From an uncultured Planctomycetales bacterium (GTDB lineage: Bacteria; Omnitrophota; Gorgyraeia; Zapsychrales; Zapsychraceae), in the NCBI GenBank assembly GCA_964541845.1, contig CAZIRV010000001.1:1-48185 (forward strand): a DNA stretch of 48,185 nucleotides, read 5' to 3'. The position numbers were made by a program, and so were the translations under genes. Every line of letters begins with the position of its first letter. The first letter of the stretch is position 1. Of the stretch, positions 37,106 through 44,209 are shown in pieces. The notes beneath the pieces were generated by a model that searched no databases, had not been told where the DNA came from, and saw nothing but the letters and a program-made list of their open reading frames with translations.

Positions 37106-37839
37106 AAGATCTCCTCCATTAAACCTGAAAAATAGTCTAAAGCGGAAACAACACGCTCATAGTCCATGCGCGTGGGACCCAAAACCGCAATACGTCCTGT
37201 TGGACCTTTTTTCGTTTTATAGCGTGATACCACCAAAGAACAACTATTAATACCCGAACATGTCATTTCACGACCGATAAAAATCTCAATTTTATTTTCC
37301 AGACTCTGATTAATAATCTTTAACAAATGCTCTTTTTCATCCAAAGCCGTTAAGATATTACGAATTTTACTCAAATCCTGCTCATCAGGATATTCCACTA
37401 CAAATCCTGTCCCTTTACAAAATATTTTTTGCGCCCAACCATCTACAGAAATAATACTTGTATATTGCGTAATTTCTGAGACTACCTGCGAAGTTTTTTC
37501 TAAAAGAGACTCTAACTCTTTGCTTTCCCTACTATATTCTGCCTTAATACGCTCTTTTTCTTCTTCTAATAATTGGATTTCCTTCATTAAATTATCTACA
37601 TAATAACGATATCCCTTTTGCGTAGGTACTCGACCGGCTGAGGTATGTGGATGCATTAAATACCCTTCTTGCTCTAAATCAGCCAATATATTGCGAATCG
37701 TTGCTGAACTCAAATTTAAATGATATTTTTTAGCCAAACACGCAGATCCAACCGGTGAGACCGTATCAATGTAATGTACAATAGTCATCGCCAAAACCCA
37801 GTCTTTTCGTGCCGGCGCATCTACCCATCGAGGCGTCAT
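37102..37839 (-). CDS. hrcA: Heat-inducible transcription repressor HrcA (short form, 245 aa)
   Basis: N-terminal wHTH signature PVGSACLAKKYHLNLSSATIRNILADLEQEGYLMHPHTSAGRVPTQKGYRYYVD. Confidence 0.88.
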   Translation of the reverse strand: MTPRWVDAPARKDWVLAMTIVHYIDTVSPVGSACLAKKYHLNLSSATIRNILADLEQEGYLMHPHTSAGRVPTQKGYRYYVDNLMKEIQLLEEEKERIKAEYSRESKELESLLEKTSQVVSEITQYTSIISVDGWAQKIFCKGTGFVVEYPDEQDLSKIRNILTALDEKEHLLKIINQSLENKIEIFIGREMTCSGINSCSLVVSRYKTKKGPTGRIAVLGPTRMDYERVVSALDYFSGLMEEIL

Positions 37840-37901
37840 AATAATTTTCCCCTAAGTTGTATCTCCTATAATACAAAAAACTGAACGCTTAAAGCCCTTT
37901 T

Positions 37902-37928
37902 TTAGCACTCTCACTCCTTGAATGCTAA
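37902..37928. promoter_or_regulatory. CIRCE operator (HrcA binding site)
   Basis: ttagcactc-N9-gaatgctaa matches the consensus TTAGCACTC-N9-GAGTGCTAA with one mismatch. It lies between the promoter and hrcA. Confidence 0.9.
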
Positions 37929-37934
37929 ATCGAT

Positions 37935-37962
37935 ATTGTACCAAAGAATTTTTCATTGTCAA
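37935..37962 (-). promoter_or_regulatory. Sigma70-type promoter of the hrcA-grpE-dnaK-dnaJ operon
   Basis: The minus strand reads TTGACA (37957-37962), a 16-nt spacer, then TACAAT (37935-37940), immediately upstream of CIRCE. Confidence 0.8.
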
Positions 37963-38003
37963 CCCGAAAAATGCGCTTATATTTTTTTACTTTTTTATAA
38001 ATC

Positions 38004-38193
38004 TTAATTAATTACCCCTGAAAAATGATTTTTCGCGGCGACTTTGAGGCTTGGCCTGACTTTAATAAAGATATTTTCAATAGCCATGTCTGACGAGCAA
38101 AGTGAGGAGTTTGGCTATTGAATCTTTAGTGAAATCAGGCTGTTTAAGCCGATTGGAGCCGCAAAAAATCATTTTTCAGGGGTAATTAATTAA
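38004..38193. repeat. Unique 190-bp rod-like palindrome
   Basis: The outer 36-bp stem 38004-38039 / 38158-38193 has a single C-A mismatch (38034/38163). The inner stems are gcctga/tcaggc and caatagcca/tggctattg. The right arm abuts the stop codon at 38190. Confidence 0.9.
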
Positions 38194-38876
38194 AGCAGAG
38201 GATTTTCTACACTTCTTAATCTCTTAATCACAATAAGCATTTTATCTACATAATCTTCCATGGAAGGAATATTACCCTGAAGCACTGCCAGGCTTGGTTC
38301 AAAAGATTCATTTGAATGAAATTCCAGAATAAGCTCCCCATTAGCAACATTTAACGAAACAGAGTGTGTCCCCCGATTATCCACGTTTGTAAACTCTTTA
38401 AAAATTTTTACAACCTTATCGTCCTCAAAAAGTTCATTAACAGCCCTGGGATTATCTGTAAAAATTTTTAATTTTTCTAATGCTTTGGGTGTACGAACCT
38501 TTATTTCTTTTTTTCCCGGCTCTTCTTTAATATCAGACATTATTAGAATATCGGACTGAACACGCATGGAACGTTCTTTTTCCGTAAAGCTTAACGTCAA
38601 ATTAGCCGGTGTTTTGGCCTTCAACCGGGCCTTATTATGCATTTGTTCAAACCCTTTTTCTTTAATATCTTCAAAAACAAAATCCTGCCCTTCAAAATTA
38701 AAACAAACCTGAAAACAATTCCTTTTATCAGGAATTTCTGATCCCCGGCCCCCAACAAATTCTGCTAAGTCCTTAAGAAATCCATCCCGCGATTTCTTTT
38801 TAACAGGAAACTGACCACTCAAAAAAATAATCCCCCCAATCAAAAAAATACCAACAATAACAATCAAAGCACTCAT
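38190..38876 (-). CDS. Hypothetical N-terminally membrane-anchored protein, translationally coupled to hflX
   Basis: 228 aa with one N-terminal TM (ALIVIVGIFLIGGIIFLSG). The start overlaps the hflX stop by 4 nt (ATGA). I recognise no motif. Confidence 0.6.
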   Translation of the reverse strand: MSALIVIVGIFLIGGIIFLSGQFPVKKKSRDGFLKDLAEFVGGRGSEIPDKRNCFQVCFNFEGQDFVFEDIKEKGFEQMHNKARLKAKTPANLTLSFTEKERSMRVQSDILIMSDIKEEPGKKEIKVRTPKALEKLKIFTDNPRAVNELFEDDKVVKIFKEFTNVDNRGTHSVSLNVANGELILEFHSNESFEPSLAVLQGNIPSMEDYVDKMLIVIKRLRSVENPLL

Positions 38877-40180
38877 AACTTAAACCTTCCTGCTATATGT
38901 ACCGGGACAACTGCACGAATATTTATCGTATCGGAATAGTATTTAATGGAATAAACTTCTCCTTCTTCGTGCGCCAAATTCACCAAATCCATTCGTTGAA
39001 TAGGAACATCAATATTCAATTCTACAATAAGAGAAGAAAGCTTTTCCATAATTTTTTCAAAAAGACCTTTTATGTTTTCCTCTTTAGCCGCTGAAATAAA
39101 AACCGCGTCATTAAAACATTCGGCCAATGAGTGCATCCATTCTTTATCCTCTAGTCTATCAATTTTATTTAATACTACAATAGTCGGCTTATCATAAGCT
39201 TCTAATTCTTTCAAAACACTTGAGACTGAATCATGTAACTTTCGAAAATTTTCCTGACTTACATCCAAAACACGTAATAGTAAATCCGCTTCTTTCACTT
39301 CTTCTAAAGTTGCTTTAAAAGACTCAATTAAATGATGTGGCAACTCCCGCATAAACCCGACAGTATCTGAAAGAATCACTTTTTGATGATTAGGAAGAAC
39401 TAACTTCCTGGAAAGTGAATCCAGCGTGGTAAATACCCCATCATGGGTCTGTTGGTCCGCCTGCGTTAACACGTTAAGTAACGTTGACTTGCCCGCATTT
39501 GTATAGCCAACCAAAGACAATGTCGGCACCCCTTTATCCTTTCGCTTCTTTCGTTTAAGAGACCGACCGGCGGCTATCTCATTTAAATTACTCTTTAATC
39601 TGGCAATTCGGCTCGATATTCTTCGCCGATCTACTTCAAGCTTAGTTTCTCCTGGCCCTAACGTTCCAATCCCTCCACCAAGCCGGGATAATTCTATTCC
39701 TTTACCAACAAGCCGTGGCAAAAGATATTCCAATTGTGCTAACTCCACTTGTGTTTTTCCTTCTTTACTTGATGCGTGTCGCGCGAAAATATCCAGGATT
39801 AGCTGTGTTCGGTCAATCGTCTTTTTTTTAATTTTATCCTCTAAATTCCTCTGCTGGCTCCCTTTCAAATCATGACTAAAAACTACAGTGTCAACATGTA
39901 GCGTTGCGCATACATCGAAAATATCCTGAACTTTTCCTTTCCCTATCAAAGATCCCGATTCTAATTGCGTCATAGGGCAAATGACGCAGTCCACAACCTC
40001 TCCACCACAAGCAGAAACAAGTTCTTCCATTTCCCCCTCAATCTCCTGAGCAGTCCAATCATTTCCTTTTTTCTTAATATCCACCACAACCAAAAGAATT
40101 TTCTCAATAGCATCTTTTGTTTTTCTAGTTTCCACTGCTGTATATCCTTTCCGCAATATCCTTTGCGGCATCTCCTTCAT
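38873..40180 (-). CDS. hflX: GTPase HflX
   Basis: HflX N-domain (GKTQVELAQLEYLLPRL), G1 GYTNAGKST, G3 DTVGF, G4 NKID. The N-terminus overlaps the miaA 3' end by 56 nt. Confidence 0.9.
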   Translation of the reverse strand: MKEMPQRILRKGYTAVETRKTKDAIEKILLVVVDIKKKGNDWTAQEIEGEMEELVSACGGEVVDCVICPMTQLESGSLIGKGKVQDIFDVCATLHVDTVVFSHDLKGSQQRNLEDKIKKKTIDRTQLILDIFARHASSKEGKTQVELAQLEYLLPRLVGKGIELSRLGGGIGTLGPGETKLEVDRRRISSRIARLKSNLNEIAAGRSLKRKKRKDKGVPTLSLVGYTNAGKSTLLNVLTQADQQTHDGVFTTLDSLSRKLVLPNHQKVILSDTVGFMRELPHHLIESFKATLEEVKEADLLLRVLDVSQENFRKLHDSVSSVLKELEAYDKPTIVVLNKIDRLEDKEWMHSLAECFNDAVFISAAKEENIKGLFEKIMEKLSSLIVELNIDVPIQRMDLVNLAHEEGEVYSIKYYSDTINIRAVVPVHIAGRFKL

Positions 40181-41045
40181 TGATCATAATCCACGTCAAT
40201 CGCTCATCCTTCCGAAACCAGGTTAACTGACGTTTAGCAAAATGACGCGTATTACGTTTCATTAAATACCGTGCCTGTTCCAAATCATACTCTCCTGATA
40301 AAGCGGCTAAAATTTCTTTTACCCCGATCAACCCTTGGGCCGTTAAACTCAACCTTTCCTTTGGCAAACCCTTAATTTCTTCAAGAAGCCCTTTATCAAA
40401 CATTTGATCCACCCGGTCATTAATTTTTGTGTAAAGCTCATGACGCTCACGATTTAAAGCAAATAACTTTATATCATACTTTCCCCAAATTCCTTTGCGT
40501 TTTTTTCGCACTTCCAAAATAGGCCCTCTCTTCATTTGACAAACTTCCAAAGCCCGAATAATTTTTTTAACATCATTCGGATGAATTTTTGCGGAAGCTT
40601 CCATGTCCTTTTCTTTAAGCCTATTATATAAAACCTGATCACCCTCTTCTTCCGCTAAATTCCATAACTCCTGACGTAAAACCTCATTCTTATGTCCCCC
40701 CTCAAAAATCCCGTCTAAAAGGACCTTCATATACATTCCGCTTCCCCCGACAATAACAGGAATACGGTTTCTCCCTTGAATATCTTTAATGGCCTCCAAA
40801 GCTAACTCATTAAATCGCGCAACATTAAATTCTTCCTCGACAGAAATAATATTCACTAAGTGATGCGGCACAGACGAAAGAATCTCTACGGAGGGTTTAT
40901 CACTTGCGATATTAATTTCTTTATAAACCTGCATGGAATCACAGGAAATAATTTCTCCCTGAACTTTTTTAACAAAATGAAACGCAATATCTGATTTACC
41001 GACCGCAGTAGGACCAATAATAAAAATAATTTTTGAGGAATTCAT
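40125..41045 (-). CDS. miaA: tRNA dimethylallyltransferase
   Basis: P-loop IIGPTAVGKS and MiaA-collinear sequence (QVYKEINIASDKP, RQLTWFR). Confidence 0.92.
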   Translation of the reverse strand: MNSSKIIFIIGPTAVGKSDIAFHFVKKVQGEIISCDSMQVYKEINIASDKPSVEILSSVPHHLVNIISVEEEFNVARFNELALEAIKDIQGRNRIPVIVGGSGMYMKVLLDGIFEGGHKNEVLRQELWNLAEEEGDQVLYNRLKEKDMEASAKIHPNDVKKIIRALEVCQMKRGPILEVRKKRKGIWGKYDIKLFALNRERHELYTKINDRVDQMFDKGLLEEIKGLPKERLSLTAQGLIGVKEILAALSGEYDLEQARYLMKRNTRHFAKRQLTWFRKDERLTWIMINEGDAAKDIAERIYSSGN

Positions 41046-41047
41046 AT

Positions 41048-41806
41048 CTACGGAAAAATCCTGGCAGGATAACCCTGGCGAGAAAGCCTGGCTTTTAATT
41101 GCCTTGCTTTATTTAGAGCCGTTAGCTGACCAATACGAACACGATAAAATTTTCGTTTTTGCTGATCGACTGTCTCTACAATATACGCATAATCACCTTT
41201 TTGCCTTAAATCCTGTACTAACTTCTCTGATAGTGCGCGATCCAAAAAAGAGCCTACCTGAACACCAAAATATTTCTTTTCCTCTAATAGTTTCCTTGCC
41301 GCGTACACGTCCATGCTCTGCGGAAACTCTCGAATAATTTTATTCAATTGTGCGTGGGCTTCATCCCAATGAGTTAATTTCAAATTGATTCTAGCCAACT
41401 TAAAATAAATCATACTCAAAAAATTTGAATCCGGACTTAGTTTTAATAACTCTCTGGCTGATTTTTCAGCCTTTACATATTGCTCATTCAAATAATAGGC
41501 ATCACATAACCCTAAATATACCTTATCCCGCAAATCCGAACGCTTTACTTTTTCTGCCAATGCCCTAAATAGTGCCTTGGCTCTGGAATATTCTTTCAAA
41601 TGGAGATAACTAAGACCTAAGTAGTACCGCGCCTCATCCGCTGTTTCAGCACTAATACCTTGCTTAAGTAACGTGGAAGCTAACATTTTTGCATGTTGAT
41701 AATCCTTTTGCAAAACAGCTGTTTCAAGGGGGGCCAACTCTCTTGGGGCAAAGCCATATAAAAAAGAAAGTGTTAAAATAAAAATAGGAAAGAAAATTCT
41801 TTTCAC
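41048..41806 (-). CDS. TPR-repeat plus C-terminal SPOR-domain protein (exported)
   Basis: Signal peptide, TPR-like helical repeats, and a C-terminal SPOR pattern FGVQVGSFLDRALSEKLVQDLRQKGDYAYIV...YRVRIGQ. GTG start. Confidence 0.75.
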   Translation of the reverse strand: MKRIFFPIFILTLSFLYGFAPRELAPLETAVLQKDYQHAKMLASTLLKQGISAETADEARYYLGLSYLHLKEYSRAKALFRALAEKVKRSDLRDKVYLGLCDAYYLNEQYVKAEKSARELLKLSPDSNFLSMIYFKLARINLKLTHWDEAHAQLNKIIREFPQSMDVYAARKLLEEKKYFGVQVGSFLDRALSEKLVQDLRQKGDYAYIVETVDQQKRKFYRVRIGQLTALNKARQLKARLSRQGYPARIFP

Positions 41807-41875
41807 AAAATAATTTTAACAAAAAACCTGATTTTTTCCAGTAAGAGTTTAATTTTTAATCCTGTAAGGATCGGC

Positions 41876-41983
41876 TCAAAAATAACCTCGACAACTATAG
41901 ATATCAACCCAACAACGCCTATTTCATAATTGTCGAGGTTATTTTTGAACGATTCCTAAGGGCGGGTTTGGACCCCGCCCTTA
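41876..41983. repeat. Perfect 19-bp-stem AT-rich hairpin followed by a 10-bp GC hairpin, downstream of the R/E-repeat gene
   Basis: tcaaaaataacctcgacaa (41876-41894) pairs with ttgtcgaggttatttttga (41930-41948) across a 35-nt loop. taagggcggg (41957-41966) pairs with cccgccctta (41974-41983). Confidence 0.85.
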
Positions 41984-41992
41984 CGATGTTTT

Positions 41993-42589
41993 TTATCTCC
42001 GTGGGCCCCTATTTCCACCACCCTGACGGGAACCTTGTCTCACACGTTGTCCTTGGCCTCTTAGACCTTGCTGACGAACCCCTTTCCTTCTTTCTCCTTG
42101 CAGGCGTTCACTTCTTCGTTCCTGACGATTAGCTCGTCTATCCCCTCGACGCTCTTGCATGTTCTCTCTTCGTTCCTGACGATTTTCCCGCCTATCCCCT
42201 CGACGCTTTTGCATGTTCTCTCTTCGTTCCTGACGATTTTCCCGCCTATCCCCTCGACGCTTTTGCATGTTCTCTCTTCGTTCCTGACGATTTTCCCGCC
42301 TATCCTTTCGGTGCTCCTGAAAATCTTCTCTGCGATCCTGTCTATGTTCACGCCTATCCGCTCGACGCCCTTGCCTGTTCTCTCTTCGTTTCTGACGATT
42401 TTCAAGCCTATCCTTTCGGCGCTCCTGAAAATCTTCTCTACGATCCTGTCTATATTCACGCCTATCCGCTCGCTTCTCTTGAAAATTTTCCCTGTGATCG
42501 GATTCCTGAGCTAAAACTACATTTCCGGACCCCAAAATCAATCCCAAAATGCTTCCAACCAAAACTGCTTGTTTCGTATACTTAACCAT
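41993..42589 (-). CDS. Secreted, extremely R/E/Q/D-rich tandem-repeat protein (hypothetical)
   Basis: 198 aa. Strong SD AAGGAGGG and signal peptide MVKYTKQAVLVGSILGLILGSGNVVLAQE. The rest is 18-aa units such as RRENRQERRENMQKRRGD. The two other open frames over the repeats (42061..42459 on the minus strand, 42068..42514 on the plus strand) lack a start context. Confidence 0.7.
   Translation of the reverse strand: MVKYTKQAVLVGSILGLILGSGNVVLAQESDHRENFQEKRADRREYRQDRREDFQERRKDRLENRQKRRENRQGRRADRREHRQDRREDFQEHRKDRRENRQERRENMQKRRGDRRENRQERRENMQKRRGDRRENRQERRENMQERRGDRRANRQERRSERLQGERRKGVRQQGLRGQGQRVRQGSRQGGGNRGPRR
42117..42480. repeat. 54-bp (18-codon) tandem repeat array inside the R/E-protein gene, with 108-bp higher-order periodicity
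   Basis: The units starting at 42171 and 42225 are identical over 54 bp, and the unit starting at 42279 is identical for 27 nt. Degenerate units flank these. The blocks beginning 42301 and 42409 repeat at 108 bp. Confidence 0.9.
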
Positions 42590-42645
42590 TATAACCCTCC
42601 TTATTTTGTTCTAAACTTATCCTGATTTAACTTTCTATTCTGATT

Positions 42646-42793
42646 CTAGGAGGCTGTCCGAGAAGGAGATTTTTGTTCAGAGCAAGGCGCGAGACGAAAG
42701 AAAACTCCGAGGCGTACATGTGTACGTTGAGGATTTTCTTGAGTCAAGCAACGCAGGCCTGAATAAAAAGATCATTCTCGGACAGCCTCCTAG
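42646..42793. repeat. Unique 148-bp rod-like palindrome between the DUF3106-like gene and the R/E-protein gene
   Basis: The outer 19-bp perfect stem is ctaggaggctgtccgagaa / ttctcggacagcctcctag. It continues with tttttgttcag / ctgaataaaaa, and the apex is cgtaca-tg-tgtacg. Confidence 0.9.
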
Positions 42794-42840
42794 CCGGCTT
42801 ACTTCTTTAAACACATCTCAACTAAAAAAGTTTCGAAAAA

Positions 42841-43392
42841 TTATTTTCTACGCCTTGGTCTCTGTGAAGATGCCCCACCTCTCAAACGTAAATTCCTTTT
42901 CTTCATATTTGTCCGATATTGTTTACGTAAATTTTGTCTGGTTTTTATTGGTAATCGCCGCCATTTTTCACGTTTTTGTTTAATTCTATTTTTCTGCTTT
43001 GGAGATAAATTTTTGAAACGACGTCGATATTTTTTAATATGCTGTTTTTCTGAAAACGGCAATTGTTGCCATTTTTTATATTTTTGCCTTATAGCCCGCC
43101 TCTTTTTTTTTGATAACTTTTTAATTTTTCTCCAATTATTCCGAATTTCTTTCTGTTTTTCTAACGGTAATTTTTTATATTCTTTGAATCGATCTCTAAC
43201 GGCTGCCTTATGCTCTTTATCTAAACTTTTCCATTTTTTTAAGCGCTGACGATATTCTTTTCTTTGTTCAGGGGTTAATTGCTTCCACTTCTCCTTAATA
43301 TTTTCTGAAATCTTTGCCTGAGCAACCAACGGAAATACGCTCAAACCAGATAAAAATACTAAAACAAATACCCGTTTCTTAATCCTCATCAT
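42841..43392 (-). CDS. Exported, very basic DUF3106-like repeat protein
   Basis: Signal peptide MMRIKKRVFVLVFLSGLSVFPLVAQA, then repeats of the W/K-x-x-L-x-P-E/K-Q-R/K type (KWKQLTPEQRKEY, KYKKWQQLPFSEKQHI, FKNLSPKQKNRI). Confidence 0.55.
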   Translation of the reverse strand: MMRIKKRVFVLVFLSGLSVFPLVAQAKISENIKEKWKQLTPEQRKEYRQRLKKWKSLDKEHKAAVRDRFKEYKKLPLEKQKEIRNNWRKIKKLSKKKRRAIRQKYKKWQQLPFSEKQHIKKYRRRFKNLSPKQKNRIKQKREKWRRLPIKTRQNLRKQYRTNMKKRNLRLRGGASSQRPRRRK

Positions 43393-43630
43393 TTTCTTCC
43401 TCCAATGATTCTAATGTCTCCCTGTCTTCTTTTAAAAAATCTAAATTTTTCAATATCTCCCAATTTTCAATAATAGCCCAATCTTCATCAGAAATGTCTT
43501 CCTCCAGAAAACTGTCCGGCGATGCGATTTTTGGAAGGTCGCCCTGCGCCCCCTCTTCTGAATAGATTACAGAAGGATAACCTTGTAAAAAAATGATAAT
43601 AAACCAAATGAAGAAAAATTTTCTAAACAT
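43379..43630 (-). CDS. Small exported acidic protein (hypothetical)
   Basis: Start set at the ATG at 43630 (MFRKFFFIWFIIIFLQGYPSVIYS signal/anchor), which overlaps the anti-sigma stop by 8 nt. The C-terminal two-thirds are D/E-rich and carry the motif EDWAIIENWEILKNLDFL. Confidence 0.55.
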   Translation of the reverse strand: MFRKFFFIWFIIIFLQGYPSVIYSEEGAQGDLPKIASPDSFLEEDISDEDWAIIENWEILKNLDFLKEDRETLESLEEENDED

Positions 43631-44153
43631 CCAGACTCTCAATAATTCCCCAATCTTCCCAAAACTCAAGATCCTGAATAACATCCAGATTTTCAGCCAA
43701 CTCAATATTTTCCACCATTTCCATATCTATTACTTCCCAATGAGCCAAAATTTCTCTGGCACCCTTTTCCTGAGAATAATTTTGCATCGCCACCGCACTC
43801 ACAATGACTATCACACACGCTGTTGCTAAAACCGGTACCAAATGCTTTTGTAAAATCTTTTCTTTAATAATACCAATTCCATTAATTAATTCCCGAATGG
43901 GAATAACCTCCCACACCTTTTCATACCATTTCTTCTGAAGCGATAATTCCGTCCAAAATCGTGAGACATAATTTGGCGATGGTTGAATATCCTCCCATTC
44001 TCCTAACATATCCCATGACGCCTTATAATCTGCCATCTCCTTCTGGCAAAGCGCGCACTCATCCACATGAATCTTAACCTCTTTCATTTCATTAGGTTCC
44101 AAAGCATCATCCAAATAAATCGGCATTAATTTTTGAATATCATGACAATTCAT
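43623..44153 (-). CDS. Anti-sigma factor (zf-HC2/ZAS N-domain, one TM, acidic periplasmic tail)
   Basis: Hx3Cx2C motif HVDECALC, TM LVPVLATACVIVIVSAVAM, and position directly downstream of the ECF sigma gene. Confidence 0.75.
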   Translation of the reverse strand: MNCHDIQKLMPIYLDDALEPNEMKEVKIHVDECALCQKEMADYKASWDMLGEWEDIQPSPNYVSRFWTELSLQKKWYEKVWEVIPIRELINGIGIIKEKILQKHLVPVLATACVIVIVSAVAMQNYSQEKGAREILAHWEVIDMEMVENIELAENLDVIQDLEFWEDWGIIESLDV

Positions 44154-44209
44154 AGTTCACCCCTATTTTATTCAACACTTAACATATAGAAAAGTTTCGA
44201 AAAATATTT

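Noticed and set aside
38086-38121. Tiny 11-codon ORF (MSDEQSEEFGY) at the apex of the 190-bp hairpin.
   Set aside because: It is on the + strand and has no SD. It is too short to support without conservation or Ribo-seq evidence.
42117-42480. Possible CRISPR-like array, given regularly spaced identical ~54-bp units.
   Set aside because: The units are contiguous tandem repeats with no unique spacers. They lie inside an ORF with a signal peptide and strong SD, the period is a multiple of 3, and there are no cas genes.
42061-42514. Alternative ORFs over the repeat region (132 aa on the minus strand, 148 aa on the plus strand).
   Set aside because: They are open only because the repeat unit lacks stops in those frames. 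They have no RBS or signal features, whereas the 198-aa frame has both.
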